The notes below the pieces were generated by a model. The model saw only the letters and a list, made by a program, of their open reading frames with translations, was not told the DNA's origin and did no database searches. From assembly GCF_006345805.1 (NCBI RefSeq), contig NC_043006.1, positions 87,358,001-87,422,000 on the forward strand: DNA of 64,000 nucleotides. The letters run 5' to 3'. Positions 10,477 to 22,006 of the stretch are shown piece after piece. Position numbers and translations under genes: made by a program. The stretch is from Octopus sinensis. Its lineage: Eukaryota. The first letter of the stretch is position 1. Every line of letters begins with the position of its first letter.

Positions 10477-10522
10477 CTGGGTCATCCCATAAAAAATGCA
10501 GTTTTATTTTCAATTGCATGAA
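10477..10522 (+). repeat. Solo mariner TIR (same family as 1-267 and 14418-15304)
   Basis: TA|CTGGGTCATCCCATAAAAAATGCAGTTTTATTTTCAATTGCATGAA. Confidence 0.8.
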
Positions 10523-11333
10523 TTGTGAATAAATAAACATCACATTTGAAAGAGTAATCTGAAAGCTAAAGGGTTAAATACCAGGCCAGAAATAGAAACA
10601 CTTTGTAAAATATCTAGGATATAAGTGAAAAATATCATTATGATGCCCGAACTAGAGCCACATATAAGCACAGACACATGGTACTGCTTCATCTTAGACA
10701 TCTTCATCCTTTCTTCTTCTAAATTTCCTCCAATCACTCATTTACTTCAGCTAAGTTTAAAATTTTTTTTTTTATTTGTCCAACACTCAAACACCCCTCC
10801 TCTACCACTGTTATCACTCTATTGACAGTGGTCGATCCTCCTTAATCACATTTAACAGAAGTTTTTTTTTTGTTTTTTTTTGCTTTTACTGATATTTTTT
10901 TTCAATGATTTTAATATCACAATTAAGTGGAATTACACAGCATGAAGATGATTTATTCACTTTGATGGAAGCAAAATTATGAAAAAATGTCACTTGAAAA
11001 TATATTGAATTTTTGTATATACCGTCTCCTAGTAAACAGGGCCTGAAGAGCAACACTGTGAAACCAATGCTAACCGGCACACTAGCTGAACACATATATA
11101 GCTGTATAAATACATATATACATTTCTGTCTGTGTATATTTGTGCATGTGCTGATATGCGTGTTTATGTTTACGTACAGCCACTGCCATCTCATAAACAT
11201 TACTTACCATTTGCAAATATAGAATGATAAAATAAGTACCAGGTTGAACTAAGTACTTCACTTGTGATTGATTAAAAATCCTATGATAGCAATGCTCTAG
11301 CGTGACCACTGTTCAATGACTGAAAACCATTTA

Positions 11334-11368
<35 letters not shown>

Positions 11369-11652
11369 TGTGGGGGGGGAGGGGGGTGCCTGTAAAATGA
11401 TGGGGATAATACTCCACATATTCATATCCTACTCTAGTATCAGTGGAAATTAAATCGTAGCATATATTTGTGTATTGTTGATGTTTTACTTTCATTTAAG
11501 TTGATATTTCTGTTCCACTTGGTGCAGATACATCACCCTAGCCACTACCCATTCTGCCTTACAGCTATTCACAACCTCCTCAATCCTATTTCACACTGTT
11601 TTACCTGGGAGGTATATACTAATTAATCAATTTACCTATCTATTTACATATA

Positions 11653-11698
<46 letters not shown>

Positions 11699-12104
11699 GT
11701 TACATACATATATGAGTGTGTATTTATATATATACATCCCCACACAACCACTATATTAGATTATAGAAGGAAGAACTTCAGAAGAATGACTATTTCTCAC
11801 ACACAAATACACATATGTAAATTTTGATGTGTGTTTATGGTACTGCTCTATCACAAATGCTGATATAGTCTGAATAAAGACAGGAAGTATCTGTGTGCAT
11901 GTGTGTGTGTGTGTGTGGGGGGGTGTTTAAGAAGCATTATGTTAGCTATATACATGTATATATATATATTTTTGAATGTATAAATATATGTTTGTTACAT
12001 ACATGTAATGTGTATGTATCCATTTGTATGCAGTTGTAAATAAGCATTTTTGTTTGTAAGGGCTACAAGTCAAAGTACACATAAACATATGTATGTATGT
12101 ATGC

Positions 12105-12560
12105 TTGGTAAGGAGGGTGTTTATTGGACACCCTGCGGGATGAAAAACAAAACCCGTCAAAGGGCGGAGGAACTCTTGAGAGTCAACGGCCATCCAATAA
12201 ATGTCTTAAGGCTGTATCATGCGCGGGGACATAGAAATAATCGGACTGAATACCCGATCGCGCGGTTAAACCATTGGGAGTGAAGGACTCCTAGCCTTTG
12301 TTCCTTTGTTAGGGCATCCTTCTAGGAGAAGGTAACTCAGGTAACTGGGATAACTCCAACATAAAACCTGCGGCTCAGTGGTTACTGATGATGTTGACTT
12401 GTTCTTCTTTTTGGATTATGGCTGCTGTTGCTTAGTGAGTGGGATTGACTCAGTGCACAGCTTTTCCTCACTTTAAAAAAAATCTTCTTGCACAGGCATT
12501 GCACGATGACAACATTGTTTAAGCTTCATGCAATGGCCATACTCGATAACAAGGAGGCAG
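12105..12560 (+). mobile_element. GC-richer structured segment resembling an RTE 5' UTR or bipartite non-autonomous element
   Basis: Long-range complementarity 12115-12128 with 12193-12206 and a CTTCTAGGAGAAGGTAACTC motif. The family assignment is recalled, not verified. Confidence 0.35.
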
Positions 12561-13230
12561 CCACCATGTATGTATGTATGTATGTATGCAAGCATGCATA
12601 ACATGGGCAACACTGTAACACACACACACACAAGTACCAAACTGAAATATTCAAGTCCAATAACTAGTGAGTTATGATCACTTAAAGGTTCATACTTGTG
12701 TGAATTTTTGCTATGAAAGTAGGACAACTTTACATTATTAAGATATGGCGGGTTTCATTGATGAGCACCATTACATTTGTGTATGCCTATGTGTGCATGT
12801 GTGTGTATGCATGTATGTATGTAGGTGTGTATGCCTATGTGTGCATGTGTATGTATGTAGGTGTGTATGCTCATATGTATATAGTATGTACGTACATAAG
12901 TATGCATGCCAAAATGTAGATGTATTTACAAATTGTTATACATTTAAGCACGAATATGTATAATATTAATATTTGCATGTATGTGAACTTATATATATTA
13001 TTACACACACATGCAAGCACACACATACATATAGGTTTGAAGATGTGTGTGTATGTGTGTATATGCATTTTGATAGACTTATATTTGTATATATTTATGA
13101 ATATGCAAGTTAGTATGTGTATATGTACATAGGCAAATCTGTCATGTGTCTGCATATACATATATACTTACAAATGCACACACACACATATGACTATATA
13201 TAAACAAACATACGTGTAAAAATATCTATG

Positions 13231-13269
<39 letters not shown>

Positions 13270-13488
13270 CATGTGAATATTATTTCTTTCTTCTTTGATG
13301 CATATCAGCCATGTGGCTGCAGTCATGCAGGGCCACCACAGCAAAATATATTCATACTCTCTCTCTCTCTCTCTTACACACATATACACACATGCAAATA
13401 TACACAGATGTATGTAACTGTGCGTGTTCGTGTACATATAGATATAGAAATATATGTCTATATTAAATATATCTTTATGTTATATATA

Positions 13489-13533
<45 letters not shown>

Positions 13534-13718
13534 CACATATATGTTTGTGCATATATGAATGTTTTCATATGTGCATGTATATATATATATATTTATAGAT
13601 ATATATATGTATGTGTGTGTATACTACAAAGCATATTAATAAAGGTTTACAAGTCAATATGGTGCTTTACTTCTGTGTTAGCAGTGGAATGATCACATTT
13701 TTAATTTTATTTCTTCAG

Positions 13719-13763
13719 ATTTTTTGTAGAATTCAAAGCCGGCACTTTAAGTTATGATATTTT
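13719..13763 (+). CDS. Candidate internal exon (FFVEFKAGTLSYDI)
   Basis: Acceptor ttttatttcttcag|, donor TT|gtatgt, 45 nt phase 2-2 open. Confidence 0.33.
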
Positions 13764-13917
13764 GTATGTGATTACATCTATGTGCCCATGCTAGCAATTA
13801 ATATTTATGTACCAGTTGCCAAGAATGTTTTTTAACACATAAATTAGTCTATCCCACAGTGTTTAAACTGCTAAACATAATAAAGCATTCAAGCCTTGCC
13901 TTTGTGGACAGTTAATG

Positions 13918-13973
13918 GGTTGGATGTGGTGCTGATGAAAGAGCAATAACTCTTGAAATATGCTTATACAACC
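13918..13973 (+). ncRNA. Decayed hammerhead-like motif
   Basis: GTG CTGATGA AAGAG-caataa-CTCTT GAAA TATGC TTA TAC AACC. Core and stem II are intact; stem III is mismatched. Confidence 0.45.
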
Positions 13974-14156
13974 ATTACCTATTTTTTCTATCTTGACCGT
14001 ATTGCTTACATTCTATCGAAAATCTGTACAGGTAAACTTAAAAATCAGAACGTTGCACTGCTAACACAAAAGTGAGGCACAATAGTGACTTGTAAACCCT
14101 TAATGTATTTGGTAGTTTATTATGGTTTCAAACGAAATGATGTGTCCTAGCTCACC

Positions 14157-14159
<3 letters not shown>

Positions 14160-14231
<72 letters not shown>
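14160..14231. repeat. Perfect (TA)n microsatellite, about 36 units
   Basis: Direct reading. Confidence 0.97.
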
Positions 14232-14238
<7 letters not shown>

Positions 14239-14281
14239 AATCATTAACATCAACATGGAAAACAGAAGATGATGTTAATGA

Positions 14282-14311
<30 letters not shown>

Positions 14312-14318
<7 letters not shown>

Positions 14319-14398
14319 TTTGTGAAATTTGATTTAGTATTTCTAAATTGAATTTTTCCCTGTAAGTTTGGAATAATATTCCCTCATATTATCATTAT
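14312..14398 (-). repeat. Dispersed terminal-type repeat shared with 30403-30476
   Basis: Revcomp AATATGAGGGAATATTATTCCAAACTTACAGGGAAAAATTCAATTTAG..TAAATCAAATTTCACA matches 30410-30473; flanked by (TA)n on both sides. Confidence 0.7.
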
Positions 14399-14417
14399 AT
14401 ATATATATATATATATA

Positions 14418-15304
14418 GGGTCATCCCATAAATGATGTGGTTTTTTCAATTGCATGAACCAAAATAAGAGGGCCACAGGATAAACTACCTGCATCATCTT
14501 TCTATAAAAGCAGGTAGTAATTTCACTATGTACTTAGTTCAAATTTTGAAGAAAGCTGTTCGATTTTAACAATTATTTTTTTCAAAGCTCTAATGGAAGT
14601 GACAAAGGAGCATATTCAGCATATTTTGCCCTATGAGTTCAATGAAGGCAACAACACAATGGTAAGTGCAAGGAGCATTAATGCAGTGTGATAAATGGGG
14701 ATGAGACAATAAGCATAAGTCAACGGCAATGGTTATTCCAGAAATTCCAAGCCAGAAACTACAGCCTAGAAGACAAGCTGCATCCTGGAAGATCTGTAGA
14801 GGTCAACAAGGATATACTGCAAACCTTGATGGAACAAAATCCCATTGTAACTGTTGAGGAACTAGCAGAGAAGTTCTTTGCATGTGATTAGACTTAGAAA
14901 GTTTGTGAGGAACCCATTGACCCAGTTTGCTGACTTTTCCAATAGCATGCAGGTGTCAATTGTCATTCCAAAGGCTGCAGCAGTTTGAGTGGGAAACGAT
15001 GCTCCACCCATCAGACTCGCCAGACATTGCCCCATCTGGTTATCATTTATTCTGCAGTCTTCAAAATCATTTGGACGGAAAAAATATGAATTCTGTAGAC
15101 GAGGTCAGAACATTACTGGAGGAGTATTTTTCATCATGGACAAGTGAATGTTGAAGAGGGGCTTTGCAAGTCTACCAGATAGATGGAAGAGCATTGTAGA
15201 AAATGAAGGAGAGCATATTTTTGATTAAAAAAGAACTTTGTTCACCTTAATTTTGAAAAATAAAAGAAGTATAAAAAAATTGCATTATTTATGGGATGAC
15301 CCAA
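14418..15304 (+). mobile_element. Internally deleted mariner transposon
   Basis: TIRs GGGTCATCCCATAAATGATG..TTTT and AAAATTGCATTATTTATGGGATGACCCAA|TA. N-terminus from 14593 and C-terminus HPSDSPDIAPSGYHLF are present; the first two catalytic Asp regions were not found. Confidence 0.9.
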
Positions 15305-15475
15305 TATATATTATTTAAAAGTTTGTTTAAATTTTTGTTCAAATTGTTTTAAATAAAACATGTAACTTCCACTAAATGTGTTGAGTGACCTTTTCTTTCA
15401 TTTGTCCACTCATATATATATGTATGTATGTATGTATGCATGTGTGCATGAATGTGTGTATGCATGTATGTATGC

Positions 15476-15800
15476 CGAAGGTACAAGGCTTAGTGGTTAG
15501 GGGTATTCGGCTTACGATTGTAAGGTCTTGAGTTCAATTCAGAGTAGCATGTTGTGTCCTTGAGCAAGACACTTTATTTCACATTGCTCCAGTTCACCCA
15601 GTTGGCAAAAATGAGTAGTAATTGTATTTCAAAGGGCCAGCCTTGTCACACACCATGTCACGCTGAATCGCTCCGAGAACTACGTTATGGGTACATGTGT
15701 TTGTGGGGTGCTCAGCCACTTACACATTAATTTCACGAGCAAGCTGTTCCATTGATCGTATCAGCTGGGACTCTCATCGTCGCAACTAACAGAGTGCTCC
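15476..15800 (+). mobile_element. tRNA-derived SINE with CORE-like central domain
   Basis: A-box-like TAGTGGTTAGG, B-box-like GAGTTCAATTC, then TGTGTCCTTGAGCAAGACACTTT. Confidence 0.75.
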
Positions 15801-15828
15801 TATGTATGTATGTATGTATATATACCCA

Positions 15829-16046
15829 TGAAGGTGTGCTGAAAATATTTCTGGCTTTAGGGGTATTACAAAAGGCCTAGTTGGTGACCCAACCTTCCAA
15901 GTTCTTTTACAGGGCCTAGATAAACTGAAGGACTGCTGCTATAAGTGTGTGAATCATAGAGTGGAATTCATTGAATAAAATCATTATTAACTGATCCTCT
16001 TGTATTTTCCTTTACTCAAAGTCACGAACTTTTTAGTACCCCCTTG
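15829..16046. mobile_element. Mariner-type MITE (~220 bp)
   Basis: Imperfect inverted ends (GAAGGTGTGCTGAAAA.. / ..ACTTTTTAGTACCCCCTTG|TA). Second copy at 52261-52476. Confidence 0.6.
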
Positions 16047-16065
16047 TATATGGTGGTGGTGACCC

Positions 16066-16392
16066 CCTTCGGTCAGACACTGACCATGGGTTTGCACCTA
16101 GAGAGTTACCCTCTGAGGCACAAGTCTGGGCAAGGTTGTTTTATGGAAGACCAGCAGTCGCCCATGCATACCGGCCTCCCCTCTCCACGTCACCGATGTT
16201 GTCCAAGGGAAAGGCAAGGGCCGATACAGCTTGGCACCTGTGACGTCGCAACTCATTTCTACAGCTGAGTGAACTGGAGCAACGTGAAATAAAGTGTGTT
16301 GCTCAAGAACACAAGACGCAGCCCGGTCCGGGATTCGAGCTCACAACCTCACGATCGTAAGCTCGACGCTCTAACCACTGAGCCACGCGCCT
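16066..16392 (-). mobile_element. tRNA-headed SINE (same head family as 15476, different 3' part)
   Basis: Minus head AGGCGCGTGGCTCAGTGGTTAGAGCGTCGAGC..GAGCTCGAATCCC. Copy at 60165-60485. Confidence 0.85.
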
Positions 16393-16867
16393 ATGCACAT
16401 GCACAAACTAAAGAAAAAGGCACTCAGTACATTTGGTAGGACTTTCATATATTATTAATTTGGAGCTGTGTCAATGCATTAGTAAATAATATTAATAAAT
16501 AAATATATACTATGTACTCTAACCATCTTCGCTTTACCTGTTATGCTGCGGTGAGAACTATTCTCTCTTGTGATTTGATACTGCCTGTCTTTGCAGTATA
16601 GTTTCCTTCAAGTGCTTTCACCTGTTAGTAAAGAACTTTCAAGTTACTGCATTTTGGTTCTTGCTCTAGATTTTTCAACATAGTACTTATATAATTGTTT
16701 TTATCTTTCTGACATTCTCATTTAACTTCTTTGTCAATATTTTTGATATTCATATACAGTCAAATATGCTTGGCCTTTATCTCAACCATATAGAAACAAA
16801 AGTCATGGTAGTAGGAAAAGAGAGTGGCCTTAACATTTCTGCAGTGGAAGACAGATCTTCTTATATA

Positions 16868-16903
<36 letters not shown>

Positions 16904-17012
16904 GTGTGTTTGTGCAAATAATAGACGTCACAAATGACAGGTGGTACTGACTAGCACTGCTTTTGCTAAAAATAAGAGTTAAAACAACTCCAAAGCCACA
17001 AAGGCACTGACC

Positions 17013-17146
17013 TTAATAACTGACAGAAGGAGGTAAGTCCCCAGTGTACATAGATTGCAATTTCAGATCTTGATGAAGACCATCTTAATCCTCGTCAGTG
17101 AATCTTAATGCCTAGGGTTAAACTCAACTACCTCTGTCAGTATTAT
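17013..17146 (-). mobile_element. ~130-bp element with imperfect inverted ends enclosing a hammerhead-like motif
   Basis: TAATAACTGACAGAAGGAGGTAAGT at the left versus ACTACCTCTGTCAGTATTAT at the right. Confidence 0.45.
17047..17104 (-). ncRNA. Hammerhead-like motif with intact core and palindromic stem III, weak stem I
   Basis: Minus GATTCA CTGACGA GGAT..ATCT GAAA TTGCAA TC TATGT. Stem III palindrome is ATTGCAAT; triplet is AUC. Confidence 0.6.
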
Positions 17147-17574
17147 ATAAAAAAAAACATTGAAAACATGCTGATTTTCAAAACTGTAAAAGTGTAAACA
17201 ATAATTTTTGCGACCTCTATTAATTTTGCCTTTAGATTCTAATTGCTAATAAACCACCCTTTTAATTTGTTATATAGATTTAAGTGTATATATATAAATC
17301 TACACACATAGCTCTAATGCTCATAACTAGTAAAACTAATCAGTATAGTGGTTAATTGACGACTGGATAATGAACATCTACATAACAGTGCAAGCTGTAC
17401 ATCTACTTGTGTATTTAATTTCTACTACATATATCTATATTTATATGAGTACATATATGTATTTGTTTATATACATGTAAATATGTGTATATACATATAT
17501 GTGTGTGTGAGTGTGTATATATATATATATACACACATACATATATGTACTTATACAGATATGAACAGACATAT

Positions 17575-18252
17575 ACTCTTTTACTCTTTTACTTGTTTCA
17601 GTCATTTGACTGTGGCCATGATGGAGCACCGCCTTTAGTCGAGCAAATCAACCCCAGGACTTATTCTTTGTAAGCCTAGTACTTATTCTATTGGTCTCTT
17701 TTGCCGAACTGCTAAGTTACGGGGACATAAACACACCAGCATCAGTTGTCAAACAATGTTGGGGGGACAAACACAGATACACAAACACACACACATACAT
17801 ATATATATATATTTAATGTAGGATAAAATTTTTCGAAAAAAATTTTATCAATGGCCAGCATATTAAAAAATACCTTTAAAGGTTAAATTTATAAACAACT
17901 TATAAATAAGGGCAAATGAAAAAATTTCTAATGCCAAATATGCCGAAATTAGACACCCTGTCCATAACCATATAATTTTTCATAATACGCACGCTACTCA
18001 AAAAAAGGTCAACAGAAATCTCTAAAACATTCCATTATTACCATATCGGACCGATTTCAGGGTTAGTTCGTAAGAACCCTCCCCATACGTATATACGACA
18101 GGCTTCTTTCAGTTTCCAAATCCACTCACAAGGCTTTGCTCGGCCTGAGGCTATAGCAGAAGACATTTGCCCAAGGTGCCACACAGTGGGACTGAACCTG
18201 GAACCATGAGGTTCGTAAGCAAGCTACTTACCACACAGCCACTCCTACGCCA
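17575..18252 (-). mobile_element. SINE split by a PLE-terminus-like insertion (17817-18084)
   Basis: SINE halves match the uninterrupted copies at 24638-25092 and 33294-33710; the insert lies in the TA linker. Confidence 0.8.
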
Positions 18253-19574
18253 TGTATACATTTATATAATATCTATATACATATATATTCAAATATATAT
18301 ATAAACATATGTACAAACACACATAGATATGGAGATTTATATGTATACATGCACACTCATACACTCTTATATCATTTTATATTTGGTGGCGGTGGTGGTG
18401 GTGGTGTGTGTAGATGATCAGTTTAGCAATGAAGAGTGTCCATGTTTCAGTTCAGTAGATATCTATGATAAAAACAGGTGAGTGAGGGTGCAGCGATATT
18501 CATGCTTAACAAAAATCTAGGAACTGATGCAAATATTATTACTCATGGGCTGTGAATAGTTGAGTGCTCTGTTTTCTGATGCGTATCTGTCTATGTATGT
18601 ATGTGTGTACTGATGTGTATCTGTGTATGTGTGCATGTGGAGTGATTTCATATCTGTGTAATGTGATATGATAAACTTTCAGCTAATAGATAGAATTATA
18701 ATATTATGTATAGGTAAATGGATCTCCACCACTTTCAGTGATGAGTATTCAGTGTCCCACTTGTTTCACTCAACTGGAATACCTTATTCCTTGAATTCCT
18801 ATATAAGTAAATGAATATTCCATAAACACTTGTACCTTTAAAAGAATTCTCAGAAAGAATCAGCTTGATACTGTGTGTGTGACAAGGCTGGATACTGCAT
18901 ATCCCAGGCAATGTCTCATCAAAAGACTGCCACACATATTTCTGTCTGCTTAATTTCATACTGAAAACAAGACCAGCCTGGAGCAGTTGCACACGATGTC
19001 ACTCACTGGGATCAAACTGAAACCAAATTACAAACTAAACCTAACCACATGACAATGCCTGTGCCAGAACATGAACACACTCGTATATCATGCATTTATA
19101 TATGCATGATGTCTGTGAATACATGTGCACATGCTTATGTGTATGCTGTATGTGCAGACTGGGAGTTGTTCAAAGACATGACCAGATGACGCAATATGTT
19201 AGATAACAAGTTTGAGAACACCTAATCAGTGACGCATTTCACCTGTATAGAATGCAGTATAGAGCTTGAAACTTATGCCATTGTTCATAAATTAAATTAT
19301 CAAGCATACCTGTTCTGCCTTTGTATTTCTAGTTCTACCATTTCTGTACTCTTTATTTCAATTACACTGGAAAATTAAGACAGTTTTATGTCTTCATTTA
19401 ACCACAGGTTAGACTTAAATGATTAGACTTATGATCATTCAAGCCAAGACCATCCTGTTCTTTTTACCAAACAATTTATTTTGTACTATATTATCCAATA
19501 TGTCTTGATGCTAAGATGGTAAGGTTTTATTTGAGGGAGATTTGGTTGCTATCTTTAGGAAATTAAGCGACCAC

Positions 19575-19790
19575 TTTAACCTTTTAACATTTAAACCAGT
19601 TATATCAAGCCCAAATATTCTATCTGTTTTAGGTTCAAACCGGCCAGACCCAGCCTCTCACACCTGCCCTACAATATCATTCTAGAAATATACAATCACA
19701 TCAAACTCTCATAGCTACTAGATAATGCATGATTAATTCAAAGCAATGTGAATCAATAAGCATTACATTTGACTAAATAATCTGAATGCT
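19575..19790 (+). mobile_element. MITE-like repeat with TTAACC(C)TTT end (piggyBac-like terminus)
   Basis: Starts TTAACCTTTTA. Its 3' end TAATCTGAATGCT matches 10555-10578 (TAATCTGAAAGCTAAAGGGTTAA). Confidence 0.4.
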
Positions 19791-19884
19791 TGCAGACTTG
19801 AGACCTATTATTAGAGAAGTGACTACTAAGGCATGAATATAAATGTGCTAGGCTGAATTTGTTAAAGGACAAGGCCTCTCCTGA

Positions 19885-19939
<55 letters not shown>

Positions 19940-20497
19940 GAGAGAGAAATTTTTAACCCTCTTCAAGGAGAGAAGTAGGGAGCTCCAGCAGGGTCAAAGA
20001 AAACAGAAGTTGCAAAATGAAATGTGCTGAATGGGTTAGGCAGAATCCTGAAAGTTGAGGTGGAATGAAATCCCAGACTCTAGGAGAAAGAGTGCATAGC
20101 AAGGCAGTAAATAGATTAAGCTCAGTGTAGGGCAACATCCAGAATAGGTTGGAATAACTATAAGAAAGATGCATTTTGTTTTGACATGGAAATGATGAGC
20201 CCGAGAAATTGTGAGATTTGGTCTAAATGGGAAGTGAAATGAAAGAGTGAAGGTAAGAGTGAGGGTAGGTTTCTCTCCAACTGGCACAAAGAGATGTAGA
20301 AGGTATCAAGAGGTTCAGAAACATTGAGGAAGTTAAACATGGTAGAGATGGATTAATAAACAGGTGTGTTGTTCTCCAGGGAGTGAGGTGACACTAATAC
20401 AGCCATCAATGTAAAAGCTATAGATGAAATTAATGACACTATGATCATTCATTTTATATCCACATCTATTTTTCCATGCTAGCATGGGTTAGGCATA

Positions 20498-21758
20498 CAG
20501 GGGTAGGACAAAATAATGGAAACACCTTAAAATTTCAAACAAATTTAGTTTAATATGGGGTAGGACTGCCTTTGGCAGTAATTACAGCTTGAATTCTACA
20601 AGGTATGGACTTGTACAAAGTTTGAATTGCTTCCAAAGGAATTTTTATCTATTCTTCAGCTAAAACAGTCTCCAGTTCTTGTAGTGATGATGGTGGAGGA
20701 TATCAACTCCATACTTGTTTTTCTAAAATGCACCATAAATGTCCAATAATATTGAAATCTGGGGACTATGGTGGCCAGATGAAATGTTCAACTCCACTAG
20801 AATAGTCCTCGTGCCATTCAGTAACAACTTTAGCTGTAAGAATTGGTGCATAAGTCATCCTGAAAGATTGTGTTTCCCTCTGGAAACAGTTCCGCAACCA
20901 TAGGATGAATTTGATCAGATAAAATGCTTAAATAGTCTTGACTATTAATTCTGCCATAAAGGAACATCATTGGGCTGGTGGATTTCCAAGATATAGCCCC
21001 AAGATCATCACAGATCCTCCTCTATGTTTAACAGTTGGAAAAAGGCAGTCTGGGTGAAATGCTTCTTTTGGCTGTCTTCACACGTATACTCAGCCAGTGG
21101 TTGGAAATAAGGTAACAGATGACTCACCCAAGAAAATAACATTCTTCCGTTGCTCTAGGGACCAATTCTGTAGGTTTTTATTCCACTTTAAATACTTCAC
21201 AAAGTTTGTTTTTGAAAGTAGTAATTTTCTGATTGCAGCCCTCCCATGAAATCCGGTTTTGTGCAGCTCCAAGCAAACAGTTTTTGTGGAAACTGGGTTC
21301 TCAAGGTGGTCATTAAGCACTGCAGTAATTTTGACAGTTGTACATTTGTGATCCTTTCTAACAATTCACGCAAGAGTCTGACGGTCCCTATCTGACAGTT
21401 TTGGTTTTCTTCCAGAGTTGTGTTTCGATGAGGAGGTTTTTCCCACTTACTCAGGCTGTTATTACTTTTGAGACAGTACTTCTTGAAACACCAAACATTA
21501 CGCTAGTGCCTGCCATACGAGCACCAACAATTTGACCTCTTTGAAAGTCTGATAGATCTGTCATGTTAATGAATAATTTTAATTACCTTTTCCTCATGAT
21601 ATCTGAAAAGAAACAGCAATTTTAGCAAAACATATTAAGCAACACTAATAATAAATAAAAAAAAACATAAAAATAAACAAGCTTTTGATGGTTTTATAGT
21701 TATTTAAAAATCATGACGCTATGATGCTAGGTGTTTCCATTATTTTGCCGAACCCCTG
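20498..21758 (-). mobile_element. Full-length Tc1-like transposon with D-36-E spacing (Incomer-like), inactivated
   Basis: TA-flanked 30-bp TIRs: CAGGGGTAGGACAAAATAATGGAAACACCT versus revcomp CAGGGGTTCGGCAAAATAATGGAAACACCT. Length 1261 bp. Confidence 0.9.
20550..21564 (-). pseudogene. Transposase pseudogene MTDLSDFQRGQIVGARMAG...FQDD..AP..36..(E/G)..AKGSPTPY
   Basis: Minus translation: NSGRKPKLSDRDRQTL, PVSTKTV, GRAAIRK, IFQDD, WPP*SPDFNIIG. Several stops and a 1-nt insertion after the second Asp. Confidence 0.88.
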
Positions 21759-21952
21759 TATATACTGTTAAGACATTGTTTTACATCAAGATTCCCTTCT
21801 TGCTAACCATTACTTGTTTTTCAAATAAGGAATCTTTTATTTCACATGCCTTTGAATGAGCAAAACAAACAGATATTTTGTGGACTGAAGTGACAACACA
21901 AACTGTATAGAACTAAAATGTAAATAAACACACACTGATACATACATACATG

Positions 21953-21994
<42 letters not shown>

Positions 21995-22006
21995 TATATA
22001 TTTATA

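Noticed and set aside
12161-12192. CGGAGGA followed by a hairpin, read as a hammerhead core
   Set aside because: U4 is G and there is no GAAA after the hairpin. Kept only as part of the structured-leader finding.
16310-16392. tRNA-like sequence (also 15476-15550, 33294-33365, 60410-60485)
   Set aside because: A and B boxes are present, but there is no complete cloverleaf and each continues into a shared SINE body.
17820-17856. Hairpin GATAAAATTTTT-CG-AAAAAAATTTTATC read as a ribozyme or terminator
   Set aside because: AT-only stem with no catalytic core; bacterial terminators are irrelevant in this context.
18340-18477. Signal-peptide-like frame (IILYLVAVVVVVCVDDQF..) ending at a strong donor
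   Set aside because: The hydrophobic stretch comes from a (GGT)n microsatellite and the start lies in TA/CA repeats.
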